The position numbers were made by a program, and so were the translations under genes. Under the pieces are notes generated by a model. The model was not told the DNA's origin, ran no database searches, and saw only the letters and a program-made list of their open reading frames with translations. DNA of 64,000 bases, taken from Desulfobaccales bacterium. Its GTDB lineage: Bacteria > Desulfobacterota > Desulfobaccia > Desulfobaccales > 0-14-0-80-60-11. Shown here one piece after another: positions 1 through 8,493 of this stretch (its first letter is position 1; every line of letters starts with the position of its first letter). Location of the stretch: positions 4,618-68,617 of the forward strand of contig JBKQKO010000124.1 in the NCBI GenBank assembly GCA_052147455.1, given 5' to 3'.

Positions 1-41
1 GCCCCCACGGAAAAAATCTTTTTTTTGGGGATTTAATATCG

Positions 42-1268
42 TTATCTAACCGGGCTGTCCGGGGAAGGGGTGGCGGCTGTCTGGGGTCTCGCTCCGGCCC
101 TGGCGAACTTGCCGAATTTTTCGGCCAGATAGGGGCTCAGGCGCCGGGCCGCGATATCGGCAAACACTTCAGACCCGGCGTTGGAAAAATGCATCAGGTC
201 ATAGTAATCCCGGGAACTCTTGGGCATCTCCCGGGCCTCATCGATCACTAGCAGGTGCTCTTCCGCCCCCACCCGGCGGGTCACGTCGTTGTAAAGCTCC
301 AGGACCTGCCAGCCCACCTCGCCGTTCATGCCGTTGGCCACCGCGATCTTCCCCAGGTCGAGGCCGGTCAGGTCGTCGGTGACCTTGCCATAGACCACCG
401 GCTGGGTGAGGAGCACCGGGACTATGTGGTTATCCTGGGTGACCTTCAGGAGCCGCCGCAGCCGCGCCTCATAGGCCGGCACGTACTTTTCCGCATGGGT
501 CTTAAGAAGCGCCGCCCTTTCCGCCTCCGACAACTTAAGTTGCGGCAGGGTCGTCAGGTCCAGTTCTCCCATGTCTCGCTCCCCGATGGCCTGCACCGAT
601 TTGGGGAAGGCATAGCGACACAGGTTCAAGGCCGCCGAGGCCACTTCGCTGCGGTAAGCCAGGGCCGCGAGAAACTTGTCCAGGGAGCGGAAACTGATCT
701 TGGTGCCCATACGGGTGTCGAATTCCCGGGGACCGCTGACGCCCACTTCGTTGATGCCGATCAGAAAAACCGCCACCTTCGGCTGCAATTGGGCGATAAA
801 GTTGTGCATCAAAATGTAATGGCCGTAGGTAGATTGGCCGCAAAATCCGGCATTGTCGAGCCACAACTTGTTAAAGTCTTGCTGCAACTTGACCCCCAGC
901 ACGTGCGGCCAGGTCTTGTCTGCGGCGATTTCCAGACATTCGGTGGTGCTGCCGCCCACCGTGACCACGGTCAGCCAGTCGGCGAAATCCTTGGGAGGCT
1001 CCGGACCTTTGAAACCCAAGGAATTATTATGATGCACTACCAGGGCGTCGATTTTGGTGCAGTTATAGTGATGTAGTATCTCGGTTTTATTAACCGGCAA
1101 TATTATATTGTCGCCTTTAATTCTAAATCCCAAGGGATTGTAGAACCGCAAGGAAACTTCACAGATACTCAGCGCCAAGATTAAACTGATAAATATCAGG
1201 GTGAGATTTTTACCAAGATTCTTTAATCTTGTCGACCTGGTTACTTGGGGCGCATGGCCTTGAGACAT
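42..1268 (-). CDS. membrane-anchored SGNH/GDSL-like hydrolase
   Basis: 408-aa ORF. N-terminal hydrophobic anchor (LTLIFISLILALSICEV). VGGSTTE resembles the SGNH nucleophile block and YDLMHF the DxxH block. ORFs 255..1076(+) and 535..864(-) are shadow frames. Confidence 0.5.
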   Translation of the reverse strand: MSQGHAPQVTRSTRLKNLGKNLTLIFISLILALSICEVSLRFYNPLGFRIKGDNIILPVNKTEILHHYNCTKIDALVVHHNNSLGFKGPEPPKDFADWLTVVTVGGSTTECLEIAADKTWPHVLGVKLQQDFNKLWLDNAGFCGQSTYGHYILMHNFIAQLQPKVAVFLIGINEVGVSGPREFDTRMGTKISFRSLDKFLAALAYRSEVASAALNLCRYAFPKSVQAIGERDMGELDLTTLPQLKLSEAERAALLKTHAEKYVPAYEARLRRLLKVTQDNHIVPVLLTQPVVYGKVTDDLTGLDLGKIAVANGMNGEVGWQVLELYNDVTRRVGAEEHLLVIDEAREMPKSSRDYYDLMHFSNAGSEVFADIAARRLSPYLAEKFGKFARAGARPQTAATPSPDSPVR

Positions 1269-1365
1269 ATTTATCCGGTTCCTCTTACCCTAAATTTTCG
1301 CCAAATCAGCGGCGGATTGTCAATGAAAAACTTCCTTGCCAAACAAAAGCCAAAACCCATAAGCG

Positions 1366-1411
1366 TAGGGGCGACAGTGGCACCGGCTTCCAGCCGGTGA
1401 TAGGGTCGCCC
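1366..1411. repeat. REP-like nested palindromic unit (family A)
   Basis: TAGGGGCGACAGTGGCACCGGCTTCCAGCCGGTGATAGGGTCGCCC. Outer arms GGGCGAC/GTCGCCC enclose inner arms CACCGGC/GCCGGTG. Related copies at 2714, 3798 and 18568. Confidence 0.7.
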
Positions 1412-1739
1412 GGGAGTGTACCTCTGCCAGGCATAGCAGAGATAATCGGCGGCCATAGGCCGCCCTATAAATTTCCCTCTCTTTACCCGCTTCTATGGCG
1501 GGCTGGGCCCGCCGTTTTAGCAGCCATTAATGCGAGCCAGCGAATCTCCATGAGCGCTCGGGCTGAGGCGTTTTTGTAGGATCGGACACCTGGGCCCGCG
1601 CCTGCAAAAAACGTCTGACTCTCACTCCTTGCCAGCCGGGGCTGAATCGACTATAGTGCCTAAGGGGAGAAAGGAGCTTGCCAGGAACGGGCGAGACGCC
1701 CGTGCCACCAGCCCCTCAGGCTTCTCCAGGCGCTCACCC

Positions 1740-2651
1740 ATGATGTCCTTAACCAGGCGAAAAATCTCGCGCGTGGTCATCTCCACCGCCTTGGGCCAGG
1801 CGGGGCGGGGCATCTTTCCCTATACCCTGCTGCCGGGCTACCGCCGCCTCCTCCGGGTGGTAAAGGAAACCGGCGCCACGGTCTTCACCAAGTCGGCCAC
1901 CCGTTTCCCCAGGCGGGGCAATTTCATCCCCGGCAATCCCCTCACCTGGAAATACCTCCGGCGGCTGCCGGAGATGGGCATGCTCAACGCCTACGGCCTC
2001 ACCAACCGGGGGATGGCGGCCTGCTCCCAGGATATCCGGCGCTCCTGCCAGGCCGGAATCAACGTCGTCCCCAACCTTTACCCCGAATTCATCAAAGGGA
2101 CGGAGACCGCCATCCGGGAGACCCTGGAGGCCCTGGAGATTTATCGGGAGAGCCTGGGTCCGCACTTTGGGGCGCTGGAACTCAACTTCTCCTGCCCCAA
2201 CTCCCAGGAGGAGATCGCCCAAAACCTCCAGCAGGGCTTAATCTGCTGTCAGCAGGTGCGGCTGCGATACCCCGAACTTTTTTTGATCGCCAAGATCAGC
2301 ATCTGCCACCCCTACGAGTTTTCCCAGGAGCTGGAGAAAATCGGGGTTAACGCCATCCACGCCATCAACACCATCCCCTATGAGGTCATTTTTCCCCCGG
2401 ATCGCTATCCCCCCTCGCCGCTCCTGGCCGCGGGCGGCGGCGGGGTCTCCGGCGGCCCGGCCTGGGCCGCGGCCTATGAATACAACCGGGGGCTGCGCCC
2501 CAAGGTGGGCGGTTTTTTGATCATGGGCTGCGGGGTGCGCCGCGGCCAGGACGTGCAACGCTACTTCGAGATCGGCGCCGACGCCGTCAGCCTTTGCACC
2601 CTGGCCCTGCGGGATTGGCGGGAGGCGGCCGACATTATCCGGTCTTATTAA
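1740..2651 (+). CDS. dihydroorotate dehydrogenase-family (class 1 DHOD/DPD-like) TIM-barrel flavoprotein
   Basis: Motifs NAYGLTNRG, LELNFSCPN and GGGGVSGGP are typical of the DHOD/DPD family. Start moved to the ATGATG at 1740 (M38 of the 340-aa track ORF). Confidence 0.6.
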   Translation: MMSLTRRKISRVVISTALGQAGRGIFPYTLLPGYRRLLRVVKETGATVFTKSATRFPRRGNFIPGNPLTWKYLRRLPEMGMLNAYGLTNRGMAACSQDIRRSCQAGINVVPNLYPEFIKGTETAIRETLEALEIYRESLGPHFGALELNFSCPNSQEEIAQNLQQGLICCQQVRLRYPELFLIAKISICHPYEFSQELEKIGVNAIHAINTIPYEVIFPPDRYPPSPLLAAGGGGVSGGPAWAAAYEYNRGLRPKVGGFLIMGCGVRRGQDVQRYFEIGADAVSLCTLALRDWREAADIIRSY

Positions 2652-2713
2652 CGGGCTGTTGAAAAACTCCTTAAAAAGAGGAGTTCTTCTAGGGGCGGCT
2701 CGCTGAGTCGCCC

Positions 2714-2801
2714 GGGCGACCTAATCACAGGCTGGAAGCCTGTGCCACTAAAGGAAATGGTGGGCAGTGCCACCCTACAAATCTGGGCCACTGTCGCCCC
2801 T
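2714..2801. repeat. composite REP unit: family A interrupted by family B
   Basis: GGGCGACCTAATCACAGGCTGGAAGCCTGTGCCAC | TAAAGGAAATGGTGGGCAGTGCCACCCTACAAATCTGG | GCCACTGTCGCCCCT. GCCAC is duplicated on both sides of the inserted block. Confidence 0.7.
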
Positions 2802-2866
2802 GCGTCTGGAACACCCGCTAGTTTTTAACAGTCTGTTAACGAAGAATTCGCAGGCTGGCGTCAATA

Positions 2867-3724
2867 ATGGCAAGGTTCTCACAGGGTCAGGGAGCGATGT
2901 CCCTTCAGGCGATAGCCGAGCGGAGAGAGCGAGGCGGCCGGGAATTCCTGCTGGCGCCGATGGCGAGCCTGCGGGCCTGGGCGGCGGCACGGAGTCTCAG
3001 CCTGGGCCGGGCCCAGGAACTGGCCCTGGAGGCGGGCATCTTCCCCGAAGCCCTGGAGCGCAATTTCCCCAGCCTGACCCCGGCGGAACAGCTCACCTTA
3101 TGGCGGGGCAGCGCCCTGGTGGCGGGGATGGGGGGCCTGGGGGGCTGCCAGGCGATGCTGCTGGCCAGGGCCGGGGTGGGCCGCCTCTACCTGGCGGATG
3201 GCGACGTCTTCACTCCCTCCAACCTCAACCGCCAGTTGCTGGCCACCGCCCTCACCCTGGGGCAGAACAAGGCCGTGGTCACCGCCCGCCATCTCCGGGA
3301 GGTCAACGAGGGCCTCCTCATTGAGGCCATCCCGGAATTTCTGGATCAGGAGCGCCTGCGGGAGGTCCTCCCCGCGGTGCGGGTGCTGCTGGACGCCCTG
3401 GATACCCTTGGGGCCCGGCGGGACCTGATGGCCGCGGCCAAACAGGCCGGGGTGCCGGTGGTGCACGGCGCGGTAAGCGGCGTCTTTGGCCAGGTGACCA
3501 CCCTCATGCCCCAGGACCGCGGGGAGTTTAACCTTGATCCGCTCGTGGAAGCCCCGGAGCCTTCGACCGCCCCCGGGGTGCTGGCCCCCACTGTCACCCT
3601 GATCGCCAGCCTCCAGGCCATGGAGGCCATCCGCCTGCTGCTGGGAAAAGAGCCCAATTACCGGGGCCGCCTGGCCCACTTCGACGGCGACACCGGCCGC
3701 CTGGAGATCTTGCCGCTGGGCTGA
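2867..3724 (+). CDS. ThiF/MoeB/HesA-family E1-like adenylyltransferase
   Basis: Nucleotide-binding loop GMGGLGGCQAMLLARAGVG followed by DGDVFTPSNLNRQ, a ThiF-family hallmark. 285 aa. Confidence 0.8.
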   Translation: MARFSQGQGAMSLQAIAERRERGGREFLLAPMASLRAWAAARSLSLGRAQELALEAGIFPEALERNFPSLTPAEQLTLWRGSALVAGMGGLGGCQAMLLARAGVGRLYLADGDVFTPSNLNRQLLATALTLGQNKAVVTARHLREVNEGLLIEAIPEFLDQERLREVLPAVRVLLDALDTLGARRDLMAAAKQAGVPVVHGAVSGVFGQVTTLMPQDRGEFNLDPLVEAPEPSTAPGVLAPTVTLIASLQAMEAIRLLLGKEPNYRGRLAHFDGDTGRLEILPLG

Positions 3725-3750
3725 TGGGCTTGGGAAGGGAGCCAGGGCTG

Positions 3751-3781
3751 CCACAGGCGAGACGCCTGTGCCACTGCCCCT
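3751..3781. repeat. partial family-A palindrome
   Basis: CCACAGGCGAGACGCCTGTGCCACTGCCCCT, with arms CACAGGC/GCCTGTG. Confidence 0.5.
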
Positions 3782-3797
3782 GCCAACCCGCAGAAGA

Positions 3798-3887
3798 AGG
3801 GGTGACAGTGGCACAGATTGGTAGGGTGGGCACTGCCCACCATTTCCTTTAGTGGCAGAGGCTGCCAGCCGGTGATGGGGCCGCCCC
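3798..3887. repeat. composite REP unit (A interrupted by B), inverted relative to 2714..2801
   Basis: Its reverse complement aligns by eye at roughly 85% with 2714..2801. It includes GGTGGGCACTGCCCACC and the same GTGGC duplication. Confidence 0.7.
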
Positions 3888-3917
3888 TGGCCTGGACAAT
3901 TTTTTTTGGCGATATTC

Positions 3918-4157
3918 TCAGCCGCCGCCGATGGGCGGAAACAGACCCAGTCGTTCATTCCCCTGCAAGACAAAATTCGCCTCCTGCCGGCGGCCGTCCA
4001 CCATGATCAGGGTGACTTCCGGGCCGGGCAGGCCCAGGCGGGCGATCACCTGGGCCACCGTGGCGCCCGCAGGGACTTCCAATGAAAATCCGTTATACGG
4101 GTCGTAGCCGGAAACATATGGTCGCAGGGTGGCGTTGAGGAAGATTTGCAGGGGCAT
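3918..4157 (-). CDS. MoaD/ThiS-family ubiquitin-like sulfur carrier
   Basis: C-terminus ...LFPPIGGG (terminal Gly-Gly). About 79 aa from the ATG at 4157; the track ORF starts at a GTG at 4220 with no RBS. Sits immediately downstream of the AOR gene. Confidence 0.7.
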   Translation of the reverse strand: MPLQIFLNATLRPYVSGYDPYNGFSLEVPAGATVAQVIARLGLPGPEVTLIMVDGRRQEANFVLQGNERLGLFPPIGGG

Positions 4158-4316
4158 GCTTATCTGAACGTTTGCCTTGGAAGCCGGGGCCTTAGCCCAG
4201 GTTTCCAAGGCTCTTTCCACGGGTTGGGGGGATTGGGGGGAGGGCAGGGATTTTTTGTATTTTTTGGATTTTTTGTATTTCTTGTAAGGGTCCCTGGCCC
4301 TCCCTCAACTGTCTTT

Positions 4317-6053
4317 CTACAAATCTGCCAGCACCTGGTCGATTTCCTCGTCGGTGAAGTCCCAGGTGACGTTGTGTGGTTTCAGATTCTCTTTAAAAAA
4401 GCCCGGCAGGCGGTCCTGGGCCCGGGTGAAGCCCGCCTCCCGGTTGAAGCTGCGCTCGTCGTGGAGGATCTGCCGGCCCAGGGCCGTCACGTCGGCGGTG
4501 GTGAGGCTCAGGCCATAGCGGGCATTGATCAGGTCCACGATGCACTGCAGGGCCTCGGGGTTGTCCAGCACCGGGAAGGCCACGAACAGGCAGAGGCCGG
4601 TGGCGTCGATGGCCGCGGTGGCGATCTGCAGGTTCCGGGAGAGTTCGATGTTGCCCTCCTTTTTTAAGGGGTCACCGCCGCCGCCGCACTTCAGGATATT
4701 GGCGGCCACCCCGTAGCCTGCGGTGTGGTCGCCCCCCATGGGGCTGGTGGCGTAGGTGAGGCCCACGCCTTTTTCGGCCCGGGGGTCATAGGCGGGCAGG
4801 GCCTGGCCCTTCACCGCCGGAACCCGGTCCAGCCCCAGGGCCCGGCCGGTAAAGACCGCGCCGTTGCCGATGATTAAACCCCAGGGGTCGTTTTTGCCCA
4901 CCTTTTTCAGCATCTTGATGGCCGCGGGGCCATTGCCCCAGGGGATGACCCCCCCTTCCATCAGCACTCCGACGGTAACCCCCATTTCGATGGTGTCCAG
5001 GCCAAGGTCATCGCAGAGGCGGTCCATTTGGGCGATTTCATCCAGGTTGTGGATCAGGGTATTGGCCCCCAGGGCCCAAATGGTCTCGTATTCGAAGCCG
5101 GAGGTGAGATATTTGCCCTTGGCGTCGTAGTAGGACTGGGAGCACTGGATGAGGCAGCCGGGATGGCAGCCTTCCTTGGTCTTGCCGCCCCGCTGCTTGA
5201 TGAGTTCGGCCATGCGCTCGCCGCTGATGTCTTCGGCGTATTGGAAGCGGCCGCCCCGGAAGTTCTTGGTGGGCAGGGCCCCGGCCTCGTTGATGATGTT
5301 GATCAGGACTGCGGTGCCGTACGCGGGCAAGGCCTGGCCGGTCACCGGATGGCAGGACAGGTGGTGGGCCCAGGCGCGGGCGGCGGCCTTGAATCCCTCC
5401 GGATCGGCCAGGGGGATGCTGGCCGGGGCGCCCTTATCGTCCACCATCAGGGCCTTGAGCTTCTTGGAGCCCATCAAGGCCCCCAGGCCGCCCCGGCCTG
5501 CCGCCCGGGCGGGACGGCCGGCGGGATCGCTGACCTGGATGCTGGCCGCGGTCAGGCATTTCTCCCCGGCCGGGCCGATGCTCATCACCCCCATGCCCCG
5601 GCCAAAACGCTTCCACAGCAGGGCCATGGTCCGGTAGTTTCCCAGACCCTCATACTCGGAAGCAGGGAAGAATTCCACGCCCTCCTGGGAAATCTTCACC
5701 AGGGAGCAGCCGTCACCCTCCCGGGGTTTGCCCTCCAGCACTACCGCCTTGATGTCCAGGCGGGCCAGCTTTTGGGAAACGATCCCCCCGACGTTGCTCT
5801 CCTTGATGGTGCCGGTGAGGGGAGATTTACCGCCCACCGAGAGGCGCCCGGAGTTGGCCGCAAAGGTGCCGGTGAGCAGCCCCGGGGCCAGCACCAGCTT
5901 GTTGGCGGCGCTCAGGGGGTGGCAGGTGGGGTCCACTTCCTCCCGGATGAGGCGGGAAGTGAGGGCCCGCCCCCCCAAACCGGCGTAGGCCGGGGGAACT
6001 TCTTGCCAGCGGTAACTCTGCCGGGCCATATTGAGGCGCAAAATCCTGGACAT
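4317..6053 (-). CDS. aor: aldehyde:ferredoxin oxidoreductase (tungstopterin AOR family)
   Basis: 578 aa with full-length AOR-family similarity (N-terminal MSRILRLNM..YAGLGGRALTSRL; GGDHTAGY block; CHPGC cluster region). Confidence 0.9.
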   Translation of the reverse strand: MSRILRLNMARQSYRWQEVPPAYAGLGGRALTSRLIREEVDPTCHPLSAANKLVLAPGLLTGTFAANSGRLSVGGKSPLTGTIKESNVGGIVSQKLARLDIKAVVLEGKPREGDGCSLVKISQEGVEFFPASEYEGLGNYRTMALLWKRFGRGMGVMSIGPAGEKCLTAASIQVSDPAGRPARAAGRGGLGALMGSKKLKALMVDDKGAPASIPLADPEGFKAAARAWAHHLSCHPVTGQALPAYGTAVLINIINEAGALPTKNFRGGRFQYAEDISGERMAELIKQRGGKTKEGCHPGCLIQCSQSYYDAKGKYLTSGFEYETIWALGANTLIHNLDEIAQMDRLCDDLGLDTIEMGVTVGVLMEGGVIPWGNGPAAIKMLKKVGKNDPWGLIIGNGAVFTGRALGLDRVPAVKGQALPAYDPRAEKGVGLTYATSPMGGDHTAGYGVAANILKCGGGGDPLKKEGNIELSRNLQIATAAIDATGLCLFVAFPVLDNPEALQCIVDLINARYGLSLTTADVTALGRQILHDERSFNREAGFTRAQDRLPGFFKENLKPHNVTWDFTDEEIDQVLADL

Positions 6054-6569
6054 GGGCGATCTCCTTTACAATAAATACCAAAAATGCAAAAAATTCCGCT
6101 AAGGGCCGATGCGCCCGGGGATTTGGTTTAAGGTTCAAGGTCCAAAGTTAAGGCTCAATGGCGGCCAGGGTAATATACAAAATATTAAGACCTCATCGAT
6201 CAGAAGGCAAGGCCCGACCGGCAGGAATGTCCCTTGACGGAGGGTAAGCTGGCCGGGCTCCGCCGCCGGAGAGGCCGGGGTTGGGCAAACCGGGCGGGAA
6301 TGGTTTCCGCAAGTTCCACGGATAGGGCGCCATTCCTCTACTGGTATTCCCGGGCCCTGGCGTTGGTAGCTATCTCCCTGCCGGGGTTTTTTCGCGAATA
6401 GCCTCGGGTCCGAAAGGCACCTAGCAATTTACGCCAAAATCTATCTAATGGATAAAAAGAGGATGGTGTGCCTGGTTTTGACCAGGTCGGTTATGATAGC
6501 CGGCGAAGGAAACCGGCCGAAAATTTGCAGGTCACGCCAGACTGACCCCAAAAACCAAAGGAGCTGTTT

Positions 6570-7028
6570 ATGAAAAAGTTAATTATCCTGTTAATCCTGG
6601 CAATTACCCTGGGTGCCGGCATGATGGGAGCGATGCCTGGACTTTCCCAGGCGCAGGTCTATGCGCCTCCGCCCGTGCATGCCGTAGCGGCGCCTTGGAT
6701 TGGCGCCAATACCCCGTGGGTCTATTACCACGGTGATTGGTTCTTGAACGGCATCCTGCATTACTTTTTTGGCCCCCAATATGGATGGGCCCCGTATTAC
6801 GCCTATCCCGAAACCTGTATCGTCAGACCCGGCCACTGGTATGGTCCGCACTGGGAAGGATGGTATCACTCCCATCCGGTTTACTGGGAAAATTTCCAGC
6901 ACCGCTACCCGCATTGGAGCGAACACCAGGTAGGCCGTCATTATGGCGAGGAGTTCTATAACAAGTATCATCATGGCCAGGGCGGCGGTTGGCATCACTG
7001 GAACACTCATGGACCTGGTATGCCATAA
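6570..7028 (+). CDS. secreted His/Trp/Tyr-rich small protein (unknown function)
   Basis: RBS AAAGGAG lies 7 nt upstream of the ATG. Signal peptide MKKLIILLILAITLGAGMMGAMPGLSQA. The mature part is rich in H, W and Y (HWYGPHWEGWYHSHPVYW...HHGQGGGWHHWNTHG). Confidence 0.6.
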   Translation: MKKLIILLILAITLGAGMMGAMPGLSQAQVYAPPPVHAVAAPWIGANTPWVYYHGDWFLNGILHYFFGPQYGWAPYYAYPETCIVRPGHWYGPHWEGWYHSHPVYWENFQHRYPHWSEHQVGRHYGEEFYNKYHHGQGGGWHHWNTHGPGMP

Positions 7029-7147
7029 GCAAGCCCCACCGGGTGACTGAAAGGGAAGATGAGAGGGGCAGGGCAGGCAAAGGGTGCGGGTTGAGGCGCC
7101 GCCCCCTGAACCTGCCCTCTGCCCCGAGGTTAACTGAGGTTATAAGG

Positions 7148-7747
7148 GTGCGAAAATCATTATCAGCGGTCATGCTGGCCATGGCCTGGGCCGCCTGGCT
7201 CACCGCCCTGATGGCGCCCCTGGGCTGTGAGCCATATCCGCCGCTGCCATACCAGGGTCAACCTTATCCCCAACAGCAGTATCCGCCGCCGTCATCCTGG
7301 GGTCCCCGGGCCCCGGCGCCGGCGCACCTGCAAGACGTGGAAGAATGGATCTTTTACTTCACCAATGAAATCCGCCGGAGATCCGGCCTCCGCCCCCTGG
7401 CCCAAGAAGGGACGCTCTCGGCCATTGCCCAAGCTTATAGCAATGACATGCTGCGGCGCGGCTTCTTCAGCCATACCAATCCCGAAGGCCTGACTGTCAA
7501 GGAAAGGCTCAGCCCTTATTTCTCCGGCTCCATCCGCAGCTGGGGAGAAAACATCTGGGAAGGCTCCAACCTGTCTGTGGCCAACCGCGAGGCCCTGGCC
7601 CGGTACATTATGAATTCCTGGATGTCCAGCTCCGGCCACCGGGAAAACATCCTGGACGCCGACTACACCCACCTGGGCGTGGGGGTTACTGCCGTGGGTC
7701 GGGAGATCCGGGCCACCCAAGATTTTGCCAATCTTCAAGGCAGGTAG
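7148..7747 (+). CDS. CAP/SCP/PR1-like (YkwD-type) secreted protein
   Basis: CAP-domain blocks FFSHTNPEG, WGENIW, SSGHRENILD and YTHLGVGV. Start placed at GTG 7148 (alternative ATG 7172), giving signal/lipobox-like VRKSLSAVMLAMAWAAWLTALMAPLGC. Confidence 0.75.
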   Translation: MRKSLSAVMLAMAWAAWLTALMAPLGCEPYPPLPYQGQPYPQQQYPPPSSWGPRAPAPAHLQDVEEWIFYFTNEIRRRSGLRPLAQEGTLSAIAQAYSNDMLRRGFFSHTNPEGLTVKERLSPYFSGSIRSWGENIWEGSNLSVANREALARYIMNSWMSSSGHRENILDADYTHLGVGVTAVGREIRATQDFANLQGR

Positions 7748-7786
7748 CCCGTCCCACGGTTGCAAGCTGAGAGCTATATTATATAA

Positions 7787-7809
7787 GTGGCACAGGCCTC
7801 CGGCCTGTG
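7787..7809. repeat. family-A-type palindrome
   Basis: GTGGCACAGGCCTCCGGCCTGTG. Confidence 0.5.
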
Positions 7810-7840
7810 TTTCAGCGGCTGGAAACCGGCGCGACTTACA

Positions 7841-7864
7841 GCGCAGGCTAAAGCCTGCGGCTAC
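7841..7864. repeat. 24-nt palindromic repeat (family C)
   Basis: GCGCAGGCTAAAGCCTGCGGCTAC. Its exact reverse complement occurs at 32898..32921. Confidence 0.75.
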
Positions 7865-7982
7865 CAAGGCAAAAGCTGACCGCGGCAAATTTGCAGAGCC
7901 CATTTAGCCGCGGCATGGCAGGCAGGATGGTCCCCGGCAGTGGGCGGCCCGGGAGGCTTTAACCGAAATGGTGGCTGGGGAG

Positions 7983-8318
7983 TTAATCCGAGTAGACGAA
8001 AACCGGCCCCGAAAGGAATTCCAGCGCTACCTCAAAATTGGGGGATTCTTTAGTCGGCTGGTCGATGCGCTTAACCTTCCCTTTGGCCTTGATTTTGTGG
8101 GGAATGAGGGGATTTGCCTGGTCAGGCTGGAATTTGAAAATGAAGTCGGCAATATCGTCTGGTTGCAGTTTGGGTGCGGTTTCGGACATATGCAGGCCGC
8201 CCAAGCTGATGTCTCTCATAACGGCCCGGCTGGAAAATGAATCTTTCGACCCCTGCAATTGTGCCTGATATTCAAATTGCACGGATTGATAGACCCGGGG
8301 GAATAGTCGCCGCTCCAT
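7983..8318 (-). CDS. PilZ-domain (c-di-GMP-binding) protein
   Basis: N-terminal RRLFPR (RxxxR) and DISLGG (DxSxxG) motifs. 111 aa. Confidence 0.75.
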   Translation of the reverse strand: MERRLFPRVYQSVQFEYQAQLQGSKDSFSSRAVMRDISLGGLHMSETAPKLQPDDIADFIFKFQPDQANPLIPHKIKAKGKVKRIDQPTKESPNFEVALEFLSGPVFVYSD

Positions 8319-8493
8319 GAAACACCCTGCCCAGGGTTAACTGAAATTTAAATGGGCAACCTTGGCTGCCTCTGTCCAAAAGAAGCTTTAGGGAATACCC
8401 CCAAGTTTCCCTGATCCCAGACAATTAATGGGTATAGTTAGCATAAATCTAAAAAATTGAAAAGGTAATTTTTTGATAAACAGGCATGAGGCT

